Source: Deltaproteobacteria bacterium
Lineage (GTDB): Bacteria > Myxococcota > Kuafuiibacteriia > Kuafuiibacteriales > Kuafuiibacteriaceae
NCBI GenBank assembly: GCA_040218735.1
Contig: JAVJQW010000048.1
Coordinates: forward strand, 64,001-128,000
Length of the DNA: 64,000 bases
Direction of reading: 5' to 3'
Both the position numbers and the translations under genes were made by a program. The notes below the pieces were generated by a model that had not been told where the DNA came from, searched no databases, and saw only the letters and a list, made by a program, of their open reading frames with translations. This document shows positions 52,739 through 62,763 of this stretch, piece by piece. Positions within the stretch are counted from its first letter, which is position 1. Every line of letters starts with the position of its first letter.

Positions 52739-54196
52739 ATGGCGACACGCCCCAAAGGGATGCGCATCGCGGAGCTCTCGCGGCGCTCCGGGACGACGAA
52801 GGAGACGATCCACTTCTATCTGCGCGAAGGTCTGCTTCGGAAACCGAAGAAGACCAGCCGCAACATGGCGTACTACGACGAGACCCACGTCGAGCAGCTC
52901 AAGCTGATCAAACGCCTGCGCACCGAGAGTTATCTCCCGCTCAGCGTCATCAAGAAGGTCCTCAAGGAGGGCAAGCTCGGCCAGTCGGCGCGGCAGCTCG
53001 ACCTGTCGGGGGAGCTGTTCGGGCAGGGCGCGCGGACGCAGCACGAGCCGATCACCAAGAAGGAGCTCGCCGAGCGCTTGGAGATCGACGAGGCCGCGAT
53101 CGCCGACTTCGAGGCGGCGGGCCTCCTCAAGCCGACGCAGGACGGGAAGACGAAGCGCTACGGTTACGAGGACCTTCGTGTCGCCGAAATCATCCGCGAC
53201 GCCCAGCGCGAGGCGGGCGAGGGCGCGGAGTCGCTGGTCATCGAGCGCTTCCAAATCCTGGAGCGCCACATGCGCGCGCTGGTGCGCGACGAGGTCTCAC
53301 ACTTCTTCTCGCGCGTGCTCACCGAGGGCGACCCGAAGCGCGCGCTCGTCATGCTGCGGGGCGGACGCGAGACGCTCGGACGTTACCTCGCCGTGTCGCG
53401 CGCCCGGCGCCTGCGGCAGGAGGTCGACGCAATCCTCCCCAGCCTGGAGGCGGAGGCGACGACGGAGCCGTTCCTCTACCCGCTCCCGGAGGCGCGCGGC
53501 GTCGCGCTCGAGGAGCACGAAGCACGCGAGGCGCTGCGCGCGGCGTTCGACGCTCGGCCCACCGTGCTCAAACGCGCCGTTGCGGTGCTGTCCCACCTGA
53601 TCGGCGTCGGCGACTCGGCGGCGGCGATCGATCTTTGGGCGGAGCTTTCGCCCAAGATGCGCGCCGCGCCCGAGGCGCGCGAGGCCTACGCCGAAGCGCT
53701 GATCCTCGAGGAGCGGTTCGACGAAGCCTTCGAGTGGATCCGAAAGCTCCGCGAGGACTCGAGCGGTCCGTACGTCGAGGCGCTGTGGGGGACGATCCAA
53801 CTCATCCGTGTGCGCGCCGACTTCGCGAAGCTCGAACCGAGCACCGAGCTGATGGGGTTCTTGTCGCAGGCCTTCGGTGCGTACGACCACGCGCGGCGCG
53901 AGCTCCCCGACGACGGCTTCCTGCGCGCCCGAGTGCTGCTGCTCCTCGGCCGCGTCTGCCTCGCGACGCCCGAGTTCCTCGGTGTGCACGAACAGGGGCG
54001 CAAGGACCTGCGCGCCTGCCTCGATGTCGTCCGTCGGCTCCGGCGCGACGCCGACCGCGATCCGAAGCTGCAACCTCTCTTGCGCGGGCCGTTGTCCCGC
54101 GTCGAGTTCAACGCCGTCCACTTCCTGCGCGTTGGGACGGACGACCCGGACGAACGTCGTGAGCTCGAGGCCCGCGACGCGGAGCTTCGCTCTTGA
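52739..54196 (+). CDS. MerR family regulator with two HTH-like domains and a helical/TPR-like C-terminus
   Basis: 'MRIAELSRRSGTTKETIHFYLREGLL...YDETHVEQLKLIKRL'; second 'ITKKELAERLEI...AGLLKP...RYGYEDL'. Confidence 0.85.
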   Translation: MATRPKGMRIAELSRRSGTTKETIHFYLREGLLRKPKKTSRNMAYYDETHVEQLKLIKRLRTESYLPLSVIKKVLKEGKLGQSARQLDLSGELFGQGARTQHEPITKKELAERLEIDEAAIADFEAAGLLKPTQDGKTKRYGYEDLRVAEIIRDAQREAGEGAESLVIERFQILERHMRALVRDEVSHFFSRVLTEGDPKRALVMLRGGRETLGRYLAVSRARRLRQEVDAILPSLEAEATTEPFLYPLPEARGVALEEHEAREALRAAFDARPTVLKRAVAVLSHLIGVGDSAAAIDLWAELSPKMRAAPEAREAYAEALILEERFDEAFEWIRKLREDSSGPYVEALWGTIQLIRVRADFAKLEPSTELMGFLSQAFGAYDHARRELPDDGFLRARVLLLLGRVCLATPEFLGVHEQGRKDLRACLDVVRRLRRDADRDPKLQPLLRGPLSRVEFNAVHFLRVGTDDPDERRELEARDAELRS

Positions 54197-55305
54197 GCAC
54201 CTTGATGAAGGACCGCCTCGGCCGCGCTGCGATCGACTGCATCGCCGAGAACATCGTCCGCGTGATGCCGGCGTTCGATCGACGGGGGTTCGTACGGGCC
54301 GCGACGAAGGACTTCGCCGCGCTCGAGCTGAAGGCGCGCGTCCTCGCGACGATCGAAGCGCTCGCCGCGTACCTGCCGAGTGAACCCGCGGACGCAATCG
54401 GCGTGCTGGTCGCGGCGGGGGAGGGGTGGACGCAGGGCGACGGCGTGGAGCTCGACTTCGCTTCCTGGCCGGTGATCGACTTCGTGGGGGAGAAGGGCCT
54501 CGGCTGCTTCGACGTCTCGATGGAGGCGCTGCGCGCGCTGACGCACCTGTTCACCGCGGAGTTCGCGATCCGCCCGTTCATCACGGCGCGCCCGAAGGCG
54601 GCACTGAAGTACCTGCGCCGGTGGGTGAAGGACCCGAGCGCGCCGGTGCGTCGGCTGGTGTCCGAGGGGACGCGTCCGAGGCTCCCGTGGGCGCCGAAGC
54701 TGACGGTGTTCGAGGACGACCCGTCGCCGGTGCTCGCGTTGCTCACGCGTCTGCGCGACGACCCCTCGGAGAGCGTGCGTCGCTCGGTTGCGAACCACCT
54801 GAACGATCTGTCGAAGTCACACCCGGCGCTGGTGTTCGAGACCTGTCGAGCGTGGCTGGACGGGGCGTCCGACGAGCGTCGCTGGATCGTGCGGCACGCG
54901 TTGCGGACGCGCGTGAAGGCGAAGGACCCGGAGGCGCTCGCGATCCTCGGCTTCGATCCGCGGGTGAAGGTCGAAGTGCAGGGGCTGAAGCTGTCGAAGA
55001 AGCGGCTGCGGCTCGGTGAGGACCTCGCGATCGCGTTCGTCGTGCAGTCGCGGGCGAAGACGGTGCAGCCGCTGGTGATCGACTACGCCGTGCACCACCA
55101 GAAGGCGGATGGCTCGATGCGGCCCAAGGTCTTCAAGCTGCAGACCGTGACGTTGAAGCCGGGCGACGAGGTGGCGGTGTCGAAGACCCACCGACTGCGT
55201 CCGATCACCACGCGGAAGTATTACTCGGGGCGGCACGCGGTGGAGATCCTGATCAACGGCCAGTCGCAGGGCACGGCCGAGTTCGAGTTGAGGGTAGAGT
55301 CATGA
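54193..55305 (+). CDS. DNA alkylation repair protein (HEAT-repeat glycosylase, AlkC-like)
   Basis: 'FTAEFAIRPF', 'RRLVSEGTRPRLPW', 'VRRSVANHLNDLSK', C-terminal Ig-like 'TTRKYYSGRH'. Confidence 0.9.
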   Translation: MSTLMKDRLGRAAIDCIAENIVRVMPAFDRRGFVRAATKDFAALELKARVLATIEALAAYLPSEPADAIGVLVAAGEGWTQGDGVELDFASWPVIDFVGEKGLGCFDVSMEALRALTHLFTAEFAIRPFITARPKAALKYLRRWVKDPSAPVRRLVSEGTRPRLPWAPKLTVFEDDPSPVLALLTRLRDDPSESVRRSVANHLNDLSKSHPALVFETCRAWLDGASDERRWIVRHALRTRVKAKDPEALAILGFDPRVKVEVQGLKLSKKRLRLGEDLAIAFVVQSRAKTVQPLVIDYAVHHQKADGSMRPKVFKLQTVTLKPGDEVAVSKTHRLRPITTRKYYSGRHAVEILINGQSQGTAEFELRVES

Positions 55306-55763
55306 ATCGAGTCGAAGCCTACGCGCGGATGTACGAGACCATCCGCTTGATCCTCGAAGAGGAGCAGGACTGGACGGCGGCGATGGCGACCGTCGCGTGC
55401 GAGCTCCACCACGCGTTCGCGTACTTCCACTGGACCGGCTTCTACCGGAACGTGGACGAGGAGCTCGTCATCGGACCGTACCAAGGCGGCCACGGTTGCC
55501 TCCGCATCACGTTCGACCGCGGCGTGTGCGGCGCGGCGGCGCGGACGAAACAGACGCAGCTCGTCGAGGACGTGCACCAGTTCGAGGGGCACATCGCTTG
55601 TTCGTCATCGACGAAGTCGGAGGTCGTCGTCCCCGTGCTGACGCCCGACGGCCGGCTCCTCGCGGTGCTCGACATCGACTCGGACGACCCGGCGGCGTTC
55701 GACGCGCAGGATGCGAAGGGGCTGGAGACGATCGCTGCGTGGTTGGGGATGCGTTATGGGTGA
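55302..55763 (+). CDS. msrC: GAF domain protein, free methionine-R-sulfoxide reductase-like
   Basis: 'WTGFY', 'GPYQG..GCLRI', 'GVCG', 'GHIAC...SEVVVP', 'LDIDS'. Confidence 0.82.
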   Translation: MNRVEAYARMYETIRLILEEEQDWTAAMATVACELHHAFAYFHWTGFYRNVDEELVIGPYQGGHGCLRITFDRGVCGAAARTKQTQLVEDVHQFEGHIACSSSTKSEVVVPVLTPDGRLLAVLDIDSDDPAAFDAQDAKGLETIAAWLGMRYG

Positions 55764-56187
55764 GCCGATGAACCGAACCGGGAAGTGCCTGTGCGGCGCG
55801 GTGCAGTACACCGCGAAGGGCGTGAAGTCCGAGATGAGCGCGTGCCACTGCGGAATGTGCCGCCGCTGGGCCGGCGGCCCGTTCCTCGCGGTGAGCTGCG
55901 ACGAGGTCGACTGGTCGGCGGGCGCCACGCCGAAGGTGCTGAAGACCTCCGCCTGGGCGGAGCGCGGCTTCTGTGAGGCGTGCGGCTCGGCGATGTTCTA
56001 CCGCATCACCGCGGATGGCCCGATGAAGGGCGCGACCACCGTCGCGTTCGGGACGCTCGACGATCAGGCGGGCTTCGCGATCGTGCGCGAGTGGTACATC
56101 GATCTGAAGCCGGACGCGTACACGCTGGAGGGCGAGCGCGAGGGTCTCACCGAGGCGCAGATCAACGCGATGTTCTCGATGGGTTAG
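55756..56187 (+). CDS. GFA (glutathione-dependent formaldehyde-activating/CENP-V) family protein
   Basis: 'GKCLCGAV', 'CHCGMCRR', 'RGFCEACGS'. Confidence 0.9.
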   Translation: MGEPMNRTGKCLCGAVQYTAKGVKSEMSACHCGMCRRWAGGPFLAVSCDEVDWSAGATPKVLKTSAWAERGFCEACGSAMFYRITADGPMKGATTVAFGTLDDQAGFAIVREWYIDLKPDAYTLEGEREGLTEAQINAMFSMG

Positions 56188-57416
56188 AGCGCCTCGAGGT
56201 CGGCGTCCGAGACGAGGAAGATCGGCGTGGACGACGCTTCGCGCCGGTCGAGGATCGGGCGCGGGATGCCTTGCGTCGGTTCGTCGTCGAGGAGGTCGTC
56301 GATCGCGACGGCCGGGCCGGCTTCGCGGAGGGTCTCGGTGTACGGCCCCGGGTGTGCGGCCTCGGGCGCGGGGTGTTCGTCGAAGAGCGGGGCGGCCTGC
56401 TGTGCCGACTGCTCGGCGAAGGCTTCGGCTTCGAACACGCCGTTGCGTGTGAAGAACCGCGCGAGGATCCACGGGCGGACCGCGCCGCCGACGCGGGTGA
56501 GCCAGCCATCGAGCGCGAGCGCCATCTCGGCGGCGTCGTGGAAGCGGCGCTGCGGTGAGAACTGCGTCGCGCGCTGGATGACGTAGACGAGGTCGGCGGG
56601 GACGCCGGCGCTCGCGAGCTCGCCGTAGTCGGGGCCTTCCTTCACGACGCGCTGGAGCGCTTCGACGAGCGTCGCGCCCGGGAAGCACTCGCGGCCGGTG
56701 ACGAGCTCGAACAGCATCACCCCCAACCCGTAGACGTCGGTCTGCGCGGTGCACTTGTCGCCCGCGATGTACTCCGGCGCGAAGTACGCCGGCGCGCCGC
56801 GGAGGCGACCGTGGTTCGTCATCGGCTGCGCGCGGTGGCGCATCTGTGCGTGGGCGTGGCCCGTCACCTTGATCTGACCGCGGCGGGTGATCAGGACGTG
56901 GCGCGGGTGCAGTGTGCGGTGGACGATCTCGAGCGGACGCCCCGTGGCGTCGTGCGCGGTGTGGCTCGCGTGCAGCGTCCACGCGATCTCGGACGCGACG
57001 TACGCGGCGACCTCGAACGCAAACAGCGTCCCTTGTCGCGCGAGGTGCTGCAGCGCGAGGTCGAGGTGCGCGCCTTCGATGAACTCGTGAACGAGGTGCG
57101 CGCCTTCGCTGTCTTCGACGAAGTCGATCAGCGTGGGCACCCCAGGGTGTTCGATCGCGAGGAGCGCCTGCGCTTCGTCGAACAGCATGTCGCGCCCGAC
57201 GCCGTAGCGATGGTCGCTCGCGAGGATGCGCTTCACGCCGACGCGCTTCGCGAGGCCGGCCGATGCAACTTGTCTTGCGAGGAAGCGATCGAAGGGGGCT
57301 TCGGAAGCGACGGGCGCGAGGAGCTGGTACTGGCCGCCGATCAGGAGGTGTCGATTGCGCCGCGCCTCGTCGAGATCGATGGCACGCCACGGGTCGCTCT
57401 TCGGATAGGAGACCAT
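56184..57416 (-). CDS. Ser/Thr protein kinase-fold protein, probably a catalytically inactive pseudokinase
   Basis: 'VKRI', 'HPGV', 'YFAPE', 'DVYGLG' are present, but HRD is HRT and DFG is GHA. Confidence 0.85.
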   Translation of the reverse strand: MVSYPKSDPWRAIDLDEARRNRHLLIGGQYQLLAPVASEAPFDRFLARQVASAGLAKRVGVKRILASDHRYGVGRDMLFDEAQALLAIEHPGVPTLIDFVEDSEGAHLVHEFIEGAHLDLALQHLARQGTLFAFEVAAYVASEIAWTLHASHTAHDATGRPLEIVHRTLHPRHVLITRRGQIKVTGHAHAQMRHRAQPMTNHGRLRGAPAYFAPEYIAGDKCTAQTDVYGLGVMLFELVTGRECFPGATLVEALQRVVKEGPDYGELASAGVPADLVYVIQRATQFSPQRRFHDAAEMALALDGWLTRVGGAVRPWILARFFTRNGVFEAEAFAEQSAQQAAPLFDEHPAPEAAHPGPYTETLREAGPAVAIDDLLDDEPTQGIPRPILDRREASSTPIFLVSDADLEAL

Positions 57417-57522
57417 CGCGCGCTTTCGATTATCGGCGAAAGCGCGTCGGAATTGCTTACGGTCCCTTACGGCAACTGTCCGATGTCACACGGACTTCGC
57501 GTCGCGAACCGAGACGGATGAC

Positions 57523-58170
57523 TCAATCTTCGACGAATGCGGCGTCGGGCGGGAGGTCCAGCCGGCTCTTCTGGAAGCCAAACCAGTAGGTGACTTCGAG
57601 GCCGAGCATCACGCCGCCCGTCACGAGATCTCCACCTGGGAACAGAATACCTTCGAGGAAGCCGGTGAAGGCGAAGCCCCCCGTCTCGTACTTATCGGGT
57701 TCGTACCAGGGGAAGAGCTCGTAGCTGACGCCGAGGGTGTACACCGCGCCGAACGCGCCCGGGGGATCGTTGTCGCGCTCTTCACCTTCGGCGCGCGTGA
57801 CGCCTCCGCCGCCCACGCCGATGCTGCCTCGGATCGCGAAGTCCTCGCCGGGCAGCGGCGTCAGCTGCATCTCGAGCGACAAGGCAGCGAAGCCGCCGGC
57901 CCACTCGTCGTTGCTCCCGCCCGCGTTGTTGATCGCGAGGCCGATGCCGAGTTTGTCGTTCACGACCTGGCCGAAGCGCAGGGTGAAGCCGCCGCCGAGG
58001 AACAGACCGAGGTTGCCGATGTCGTCGTCGCTCGAGGTGAGCAGCGCCTGTCGCAACCCACCGCCGATGTAGAAGCCCTGGCGCGCCGCCGGCTTCAGCA
58101 GCTCCTGCGCCGAAGCCGTCACGGGCGCCGACGCGGCGAGCGCGAGGAGCAGTGCCGTCGTACGCATCAT
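57523..58170 (-). CDS. Hypothetical exported protein, small outer-membrane beta-barrel-like
   Basis: Signal 'MMRTTALLLALAASAPVTASAQ', Gly/aromatic alternating strands; coupled to the TBDR stop. Confidence 0.7.
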   Translation of the reverse strand: MMRTTALLLALAASAPVTASAQELLKPAARQGFYIGGGLRQALLTSSDDDIGNLGLFLGGGFTLRFGQVVNDKLGIGLAINNAGGSNDEWAGGFAALSLEMQLTPLPGEDFAIRGSIGVGGGGVTRAEGEERDNDPPGAFGAVYTLGVSYELFPWYEPDKYETGGFAFTGFLEGILFPGGDLVTGGVMLGLEVTYWFGFQKSRLDLPPDAAFVED

Positions 58171-60836
58171 CAGAACTCTCCTCGCACGCCGAGGATCGGG
58201 AAGATCGGCAGCCCTTGAATCGGCGTTCGCTGTGAGTAGTCGAAGCTGTACTGGAAGCCTTCCGTGTTCGTACGGTTGTACGAGTTGATCAGGCTCAGGT
58301 ACGCGGTGAGTTTCCAGTAGTCGAACACCCAGGACTTGTCGACGCGCAGGTCGAGCTGGTGGAACAGCGGCAGGCGGTCCGAGTTCACGGGGCCCGACAC
58401 CGGGTCGTACTGGTCGATGGCGTCGTTGTACACGGCGTCGATGAACGGCGTGTACGGGTTGCCGGACACGAGGCGCCAGCGCAGCCCGATCTCCCAGTTC
58501 TCGGGCAGAACGTAGGACGCGACGATCGCGAGGATGTGGGTCTGGTCGAAGTCGAACAGGCGCGTCGGCTCGTTCGGACCGTCCTGACGCTGCGCACGGT
58601 TGAGCGTGTACGTGAGCCAGCCGCGGAAGTTGTCGTTGAACTTGTGCTCGAGGAACAGCTCGAAGCCGTACACCTGGCCGAGGCCAATGTTGTCGACGTT
58701 GACCGGCGCCGGGACCCGAACCACGAGATCCTGCAGGTCCTTGTAGAAGACCGTGCCGTCGATCTTGATGTGGTCGAGCGGGTACCACTCCGCACCGAGC
58801 GAGTACTGCACGCCACGAATCAGCGCGAGGTTCGGGTTGCCGAACACCGGGTCCGTGTCGACCGGCTCCGGCGCCTGGTGCACGACGCCGACGCCGGCCT
58901 TCGCGGTCCACTGGTCGGTGAGTTTGTAGCGCGCGACGATGCGGGGGTCGACGCTGAAGCTGTCGGTGTCCTGGAAGTAGTCGAAGCGAACGCCCGGCAC
59001 GAGCTGCAGGTCACCGAACTGCATCACCGCTTCGAAGTACGGCGCGATCGCATGATCCCACACGCCTTCGACCTTCGTGAACAGGGTGTCCGTCGCGTTG
59101 GTGTTCCCGACCGGCTCACCCTCGCGCGGCGGTCGCGGCGCGAGCACTTCCACGTCCGCGAGGAACGCGCGGTAGTCCACGCCGAACGTCACCGTCAGCC
59201 AGTCCTCCAGCTCCCAGTCGAACGCGTTGCGCACCTGGAACGAGTACGACTCCAGCTCGAAGCGGAACTGGTCGCCGAGCCGGAACCCGAGCGCGTCACG
59301 ACCGACCGCGAGGGTGAGTTTGTTTCGAACCTTCTCAGACGGCGTGTAGTTGTACTCGAGGGTGCCGCGCTGGAAGTTCGTCCCGAGCGACAGGTTCGCG
59401 GACTGGAACTGCGGGCTGATCTCCGCGGGGTTCTCGAAGAGCAGCTCGAAGATGTCGTCCGAGCCGAGGAAGTAGAACCGAAGCTCGTGTTTTGCGCTCG
59501 GCCGCCAGTTCGCGAGCACGTGGTAGTCGTAGTAACGCGGCGCGCTGACCAGCGACACACTCGCGTCGTCCGGCGTGACCGCACTGATGACGCTGCCGAT
59601 GTAGCTGCGGCGCCCGGCGACCGCGATGGCGGCGTTGTCGCCGATCGGCATCTCCAGGAACAGCGACGAGTCGAGCAGACTCACCTCCAGCGCACCGTGG
59701 AGTTGGTCCGGCTTCAGGCGTCGGATATGTCCGTCGAAGACGCCGCCGGTCGCGCGCCCGTACTTTACGGAGAAGTTGCCGGGGTAGAAGTCGATCGAGT
59801 CGATGACGTCGGCCGGCAGCACGCTCTTCAGGCCGCCGAAGTGATAGATGATCGGGATCTCGACGCCGTCGACGTACACGCCCGTGTCCTGCGGCCCCGA
59901 GCCACGCACGATGATCTGACCGCCACCCGAACGCGCCACACCCGGGAGGTTCTCGACCACTTGCACCGGGTCGCCGAGCGTACCCGGCACACGAACGATC
60001 TCCGCGGCGGTCAACGTGCGGCGGTTGACCTCCTTCTTCACGCGCGTCGCTTCGACCACCACGTCGTACGGGTTGTAGCTGCCCTTCTCGATGTAATAGG
60101 TGACGTCGGTCGCCTGGTTCACGACGACCGTCTCCGCCGTGCGCAGCGGGTAGTAACCGGGGGCCTCCGCGAGCACCTTCCACTGCCCGGGTGTCAGGTC
60201 GTAGAACTCGAACTTGCCCTCGTCGTTCGTGACCGCCTCGTAGCCGCCGGCTTCGCCCCCTTCGGTTCGGAACACCGTGACCACCGCACCGACGACGAGC
60301 GTTCGGGTGCCGCGCTCGCGCAGCGTTCCGGAGAAGTTGACGATGCCCGGCCCGGGCTCTTCCGCGACGGTCGCCGTGCTCACCGTGGACGGCGGGGGCG
60401 GCAACGGCTGGGGCGGGAGCGAGAAGTTGTACGTGAACGGGATGCGCACCGGCACCGGGACGCCTCCGGCCTCCGCCGGTTCGAACGTCATCTGCGCGAC
60501 GGCCGTCGTCGCGGAGGCGACGAAGCCCCAGTCGGTGATGGTCGACGAGCGCACCACGCCGAGGATCTCGGCGGTCGTCGCGGAGAGCGTCTCGGCGGTC
60601 GTCGCCGACGACACCACGATGACATTCTCGACCGAACCCTCGGCCGACAGATCGATCTGCAAGACAACTTGCGCCGCCATGCGGTCGCGCAGCGCGGTGG
60701 GCGGGTAGACCGCCTCGACGAACTCCTTGATCTTCGGGAGCTTCGTGATCGGCGCGTCCTCGGGGGGCGCCTCCTGAGCGGAGGCCGCCACCGGCGCGAA
60801 GAGGAGCGCCAGCGTGAACAGGGCAGTGTGTTTCAT
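58170..60836 (-). CDS. TonB-dependent receptor with N-terminal TonB-C and carboxypeptidase-regulatory-like domains
   Basis: 'YPPTAL...FEPA...PVRIPFTYNF', 'GKFEFYDLTPG', plug 'LPGVAR...IVRGSGP...VDGVEIP', C-terminal 'GVRGEF'. Confidence 0.9.
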   Translation of the reverse strand: MKHTALFTLALLFAPVAASAQEAPPEDAPITKLPKIKEFVEAVYPPTALRDRMAAQVVLQIDLSAEGSVENVIVVSSATTAETLSATTAEILGVVRSSTITDWGFVASATTAVAQMTFEPAEAGGVPVPVRIPFTYNFSLPPQPLPPPPSTVSTATVAEEPGPGIVNFSGTLRERGTRTLVVGAVVTVFRTEGGEAGGYEAVTNDEGKFEFYDLTPGQWKVLAEAPGYYPLRTAETVVVNQATDVTYYIEKGSYNPYDVVVEATRVKKEVNRRTLTAAEIVRVPGTLGDPVQVVENLPGVARSGGGQIIVRGSGPQDTGVYVDGVEIPIIYHFGGLKSVLPADVIDSIDFYPGNFSVKYGRATGGVFDGHIRRLKPDQLHGALEVSLLDSSLFLEMPIGDNAAIAVAGRRSYIGSVISAVTPDDASVSLVSAPRYYDYHVLANWRPSAKHELRFYFLGSDDIFELLFENPAEISPQFQSANLSLGTNFQRGTLEYNYTPSEKVRNKLTLAVGRDALGFRLGDQFRFELESYSFQVRNAFDWELEDWLTVTFGVDYRAFLADVEVLAPRPPREGEPVGNTNATDTLFTKVEGVWDHAIAPYFEAVMQFGDLQLVPGVRFDYFQDTDSFSVDPRIVARYKLTDQWTAKAGVGVVHQAPEPVDTDPVFGNPNLALIRGVQYSLGAEWYPLDHIKIDGTVFYKDLQDLVVRVPAPVNVDNIGLGQVYGFELFLEHKFNDNFRGWLTYTLNRAQRQDGPNEPTRLFDFDQTHILAIVASYVLPENWEIGLRWRLVSGNPYTPFIDAVYNDAIDQYDPVSGPVNSDRLPLFHQLDLRVDKSWVFDYWKLTAYLSLINSYNRTNTEGFQYSFDYSQRTPIQGLPIFPILGVRGEF

Positions 60837-60837
60837 C

Positions 60838-61812
60838 TTACTGGAGCCTCACTGTCCGCCGCAGCCACGAAGTGCCGCCCCGCCCGTCCCTGACCACCAC
60901 GATGACCTCCGCCGTGTCGTCCTCGAAGTCGACCTCGGCCGGTATCGACCACACGTTCGACTGCGCGATGTCGATCGGCACCTGCCCGTCGATGAACCCC
61001 GTGCGACCGCTGTCCAACTCGCCGCCGCGCACGAACCAGGTGACGGTGAGGACCTCCCGAACCGTCTCGTCCATCATCGTCGCGGGGTCTTCGCGTGTGA
61101 ACGACTGGGACTGCGCCTCGGTGAGGTCCAGCGTCAGCGCGTAGTCGCTCGAGCGCTCGAGCGTCTGCGGTGTGTCGAGATCGAGTGTCTCGCCGTCACC
61201 CTCACCGTCCTCGTTGGTGTCGAGCGACGCCGACATCCCCGTCGCGACGGGGTTCGTGTTCACCTCCGCGCCGAACCCGAACACCAGCTGAACCTCCTTC
61301 ACCGCGACGATCCGCTCGGTGCCGTTCGACACCTCCACGCGGATCGTGATCGGAAGGCGGTTGTCACACGACGGGATGCTCACGAACGCCGGCACGTCGT
61401 CGATCATCGTCAGCGCATCACAGAAGCCCTGAACGACCAGCTCGTCGAAGGGGTACGTGAAGCCCACCGTCGCGGTCGTCCCGAGCTCGAACGGCGGCAC
61501 GACGATCGGCACCGGCGCCTCGAACATGTCGATCTGCGCTTGCAGCTCGTCGCGGGTCACCGCGCACTCGTAGCCGCCCGCCGAGCCGGACGTGAACGGG
61601 CACCAACTCCAGTCGAACGTTACTCCGGTGGTCGTCGACGTGTCGGACGCGAGCAGCACGCTCATCTCGGCGGTCTCTTCGGGGAGGATCCACGGTTTGT
61701 CGGCGCCCACCGCGAGCAGTCGGAAACCTTCGATCTCGTTGTAGCTCGGCAGCTCGTCCATGCAGCCGGCCGCGCCGCACACCAGCGCGATGAGGCAGAG
61801 TCGTTTCTTCAT
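60838..61812 (-). CDS. Hypothetical lipoprotein associated with the TBDR
   Basis: Lipobox 'AAGC'; 'RLLAVGADKP', 'NTNP', 'VRDGRGG'. Confidence 0.75.
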   Translation of the reverse strand: MKKRLCLIALVCGAAGCMDELPSYNEIEGFRLLAVGADKPWILPEETAEMSVLLASDTSTTTGVTFDWSWCPFTSGSAGGYECAVTRDELQAQIDMFEAPVPIVVPPFELGTTATVGFTYPFDELVVQGFCDALTMIDDVPAFVSIPSCDNRLPITIRVEVSNGTERIVAVKEVQLVFGFGAEVNTNPVATGMSASLDTNEDGEGDGETLDLDTPQTLERSSDYALTLDLTEAQSQSFTREDPATMMDETVREVLTVTWFVRGGELDSGRTGFIDGQVPIDIAQSNVWSIPAEVDFEDDTAEVIVVVRDGRGGTSWLRRTVRLQ

Positions 61813-61815
61813 CAG

Positions 61816-62763
61816 TCAGTCCGAGAACGTGAAGCGGTAGGAGAAGGAGAGCGTGTGTTTCACCGGCTTGCCGCCTCGCGTGGCCGGCTCGAACAGCGTG
61901 GCTTTCGCCGCGGCGAGCGCGGCGTCGTTGAACTTGGGGTAGGGCGACGGACGCAGCACCTTCACGTCGCCGGTGCGGCCGTCCTCGAGCACGGTCACCT
62001 GCACGGTCACGATGCCCTCGAGGTTCTGCGCGCGGTACTCCTCGGGGTACTTCGGCTCCACGCGTTTCTTGTACTTGGGCGCGACGAACTTCACGTTCGC
62101 CACGGGCACGCGCGTCGCGCGGCGGTTCACCTTCGCGGGGGGCGGCGGCGGCGCGTTGGTCTTCGGAAGCTCCTTGACCTCGGTCTTCTCCGCGGCCGTC
62201 TTCTCGGTCGTGCCCATCCGCGTGTTGCCGACCGCGAACGACGGGCCTTCTCCACCGCCGACCGTCGACTCCAGGCTCAGCCCGACGATGCGCCGGGGCG
62301 GCGGCTTGTCGGAGGGCGGCGGCGGCGGCGGCGCGTCCTTCGGGACGTCGATCGGATCCGGCGGCGGTGGCTCGGTCTTCTTCGGCTTCGGCTCGGGCTT
62401 CGGTTTGGGCTTCGGCTTCTCGGGCTCCGGCTCCGGTTCCGGCTCGGGCTCCACTTCGACGGGCGGCGGCGGCGGGGGCGGCGGCTCCTGCTTCACGACC
62501 GCCATCTCGATCGGCTCGTTGTCGATCGTGTTGTCGGGCCCCGCGCCGCGCATCACCGTCGCGGCAATCCCGAGGCTCACGAGCGCGACCACGTGCAGCA
62601 CACCGGCGAGCACCACGACGCCGCCGACCCAGCCGAGCTTCTTCGCGAACGAAGGCTCCGCGTGGATGAGCGGATCCTGCGCCTTGAGCTCGGCGGGGAT
62701 CGGGGCCTTAACCCGGGCGACGGCGCGCGCGCGCCGCTCGGCTCGCGTCGGCTTCTTCATCAC
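61816..62763 (-). CDS. tonB: Energy transducer TonB
   Basis: TM with 'LH', Pro/Glu/Lys-rich linker, C-terminal 'PKYPEE...EGIVTVQV...FEPATRGGKPV'. Confidence 0.9.
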   Translation of the reverse strand: MMKKPTRAERRARAVARVKAPIPAELKAQDPLIHAEPSFAKKLGWVGGVVVLAGVLHVVALVSLGIAATVMRGAGPDNTIDNEPIEMAVVKQEPPPPPPPPVEVEPEPEPEPEPEKPKPKPKPEPKPKKTEPPPPDPIDVPKDAPPPPPPSDKPPPRRIVGLSLESTVGGGEGPSFAVGNTRMGTTEKTAAEKTEVKELPKTNAPPPPPAKVNRRATRVPVANVKFVAPKYKKRVEPKYPEEYRAQNLEGIVTVQVTVLEDGRTGDVKVLRPSPYPKFNDAALAAAKATLFEPATRGGKPVKHTLSFSYRFTFSD

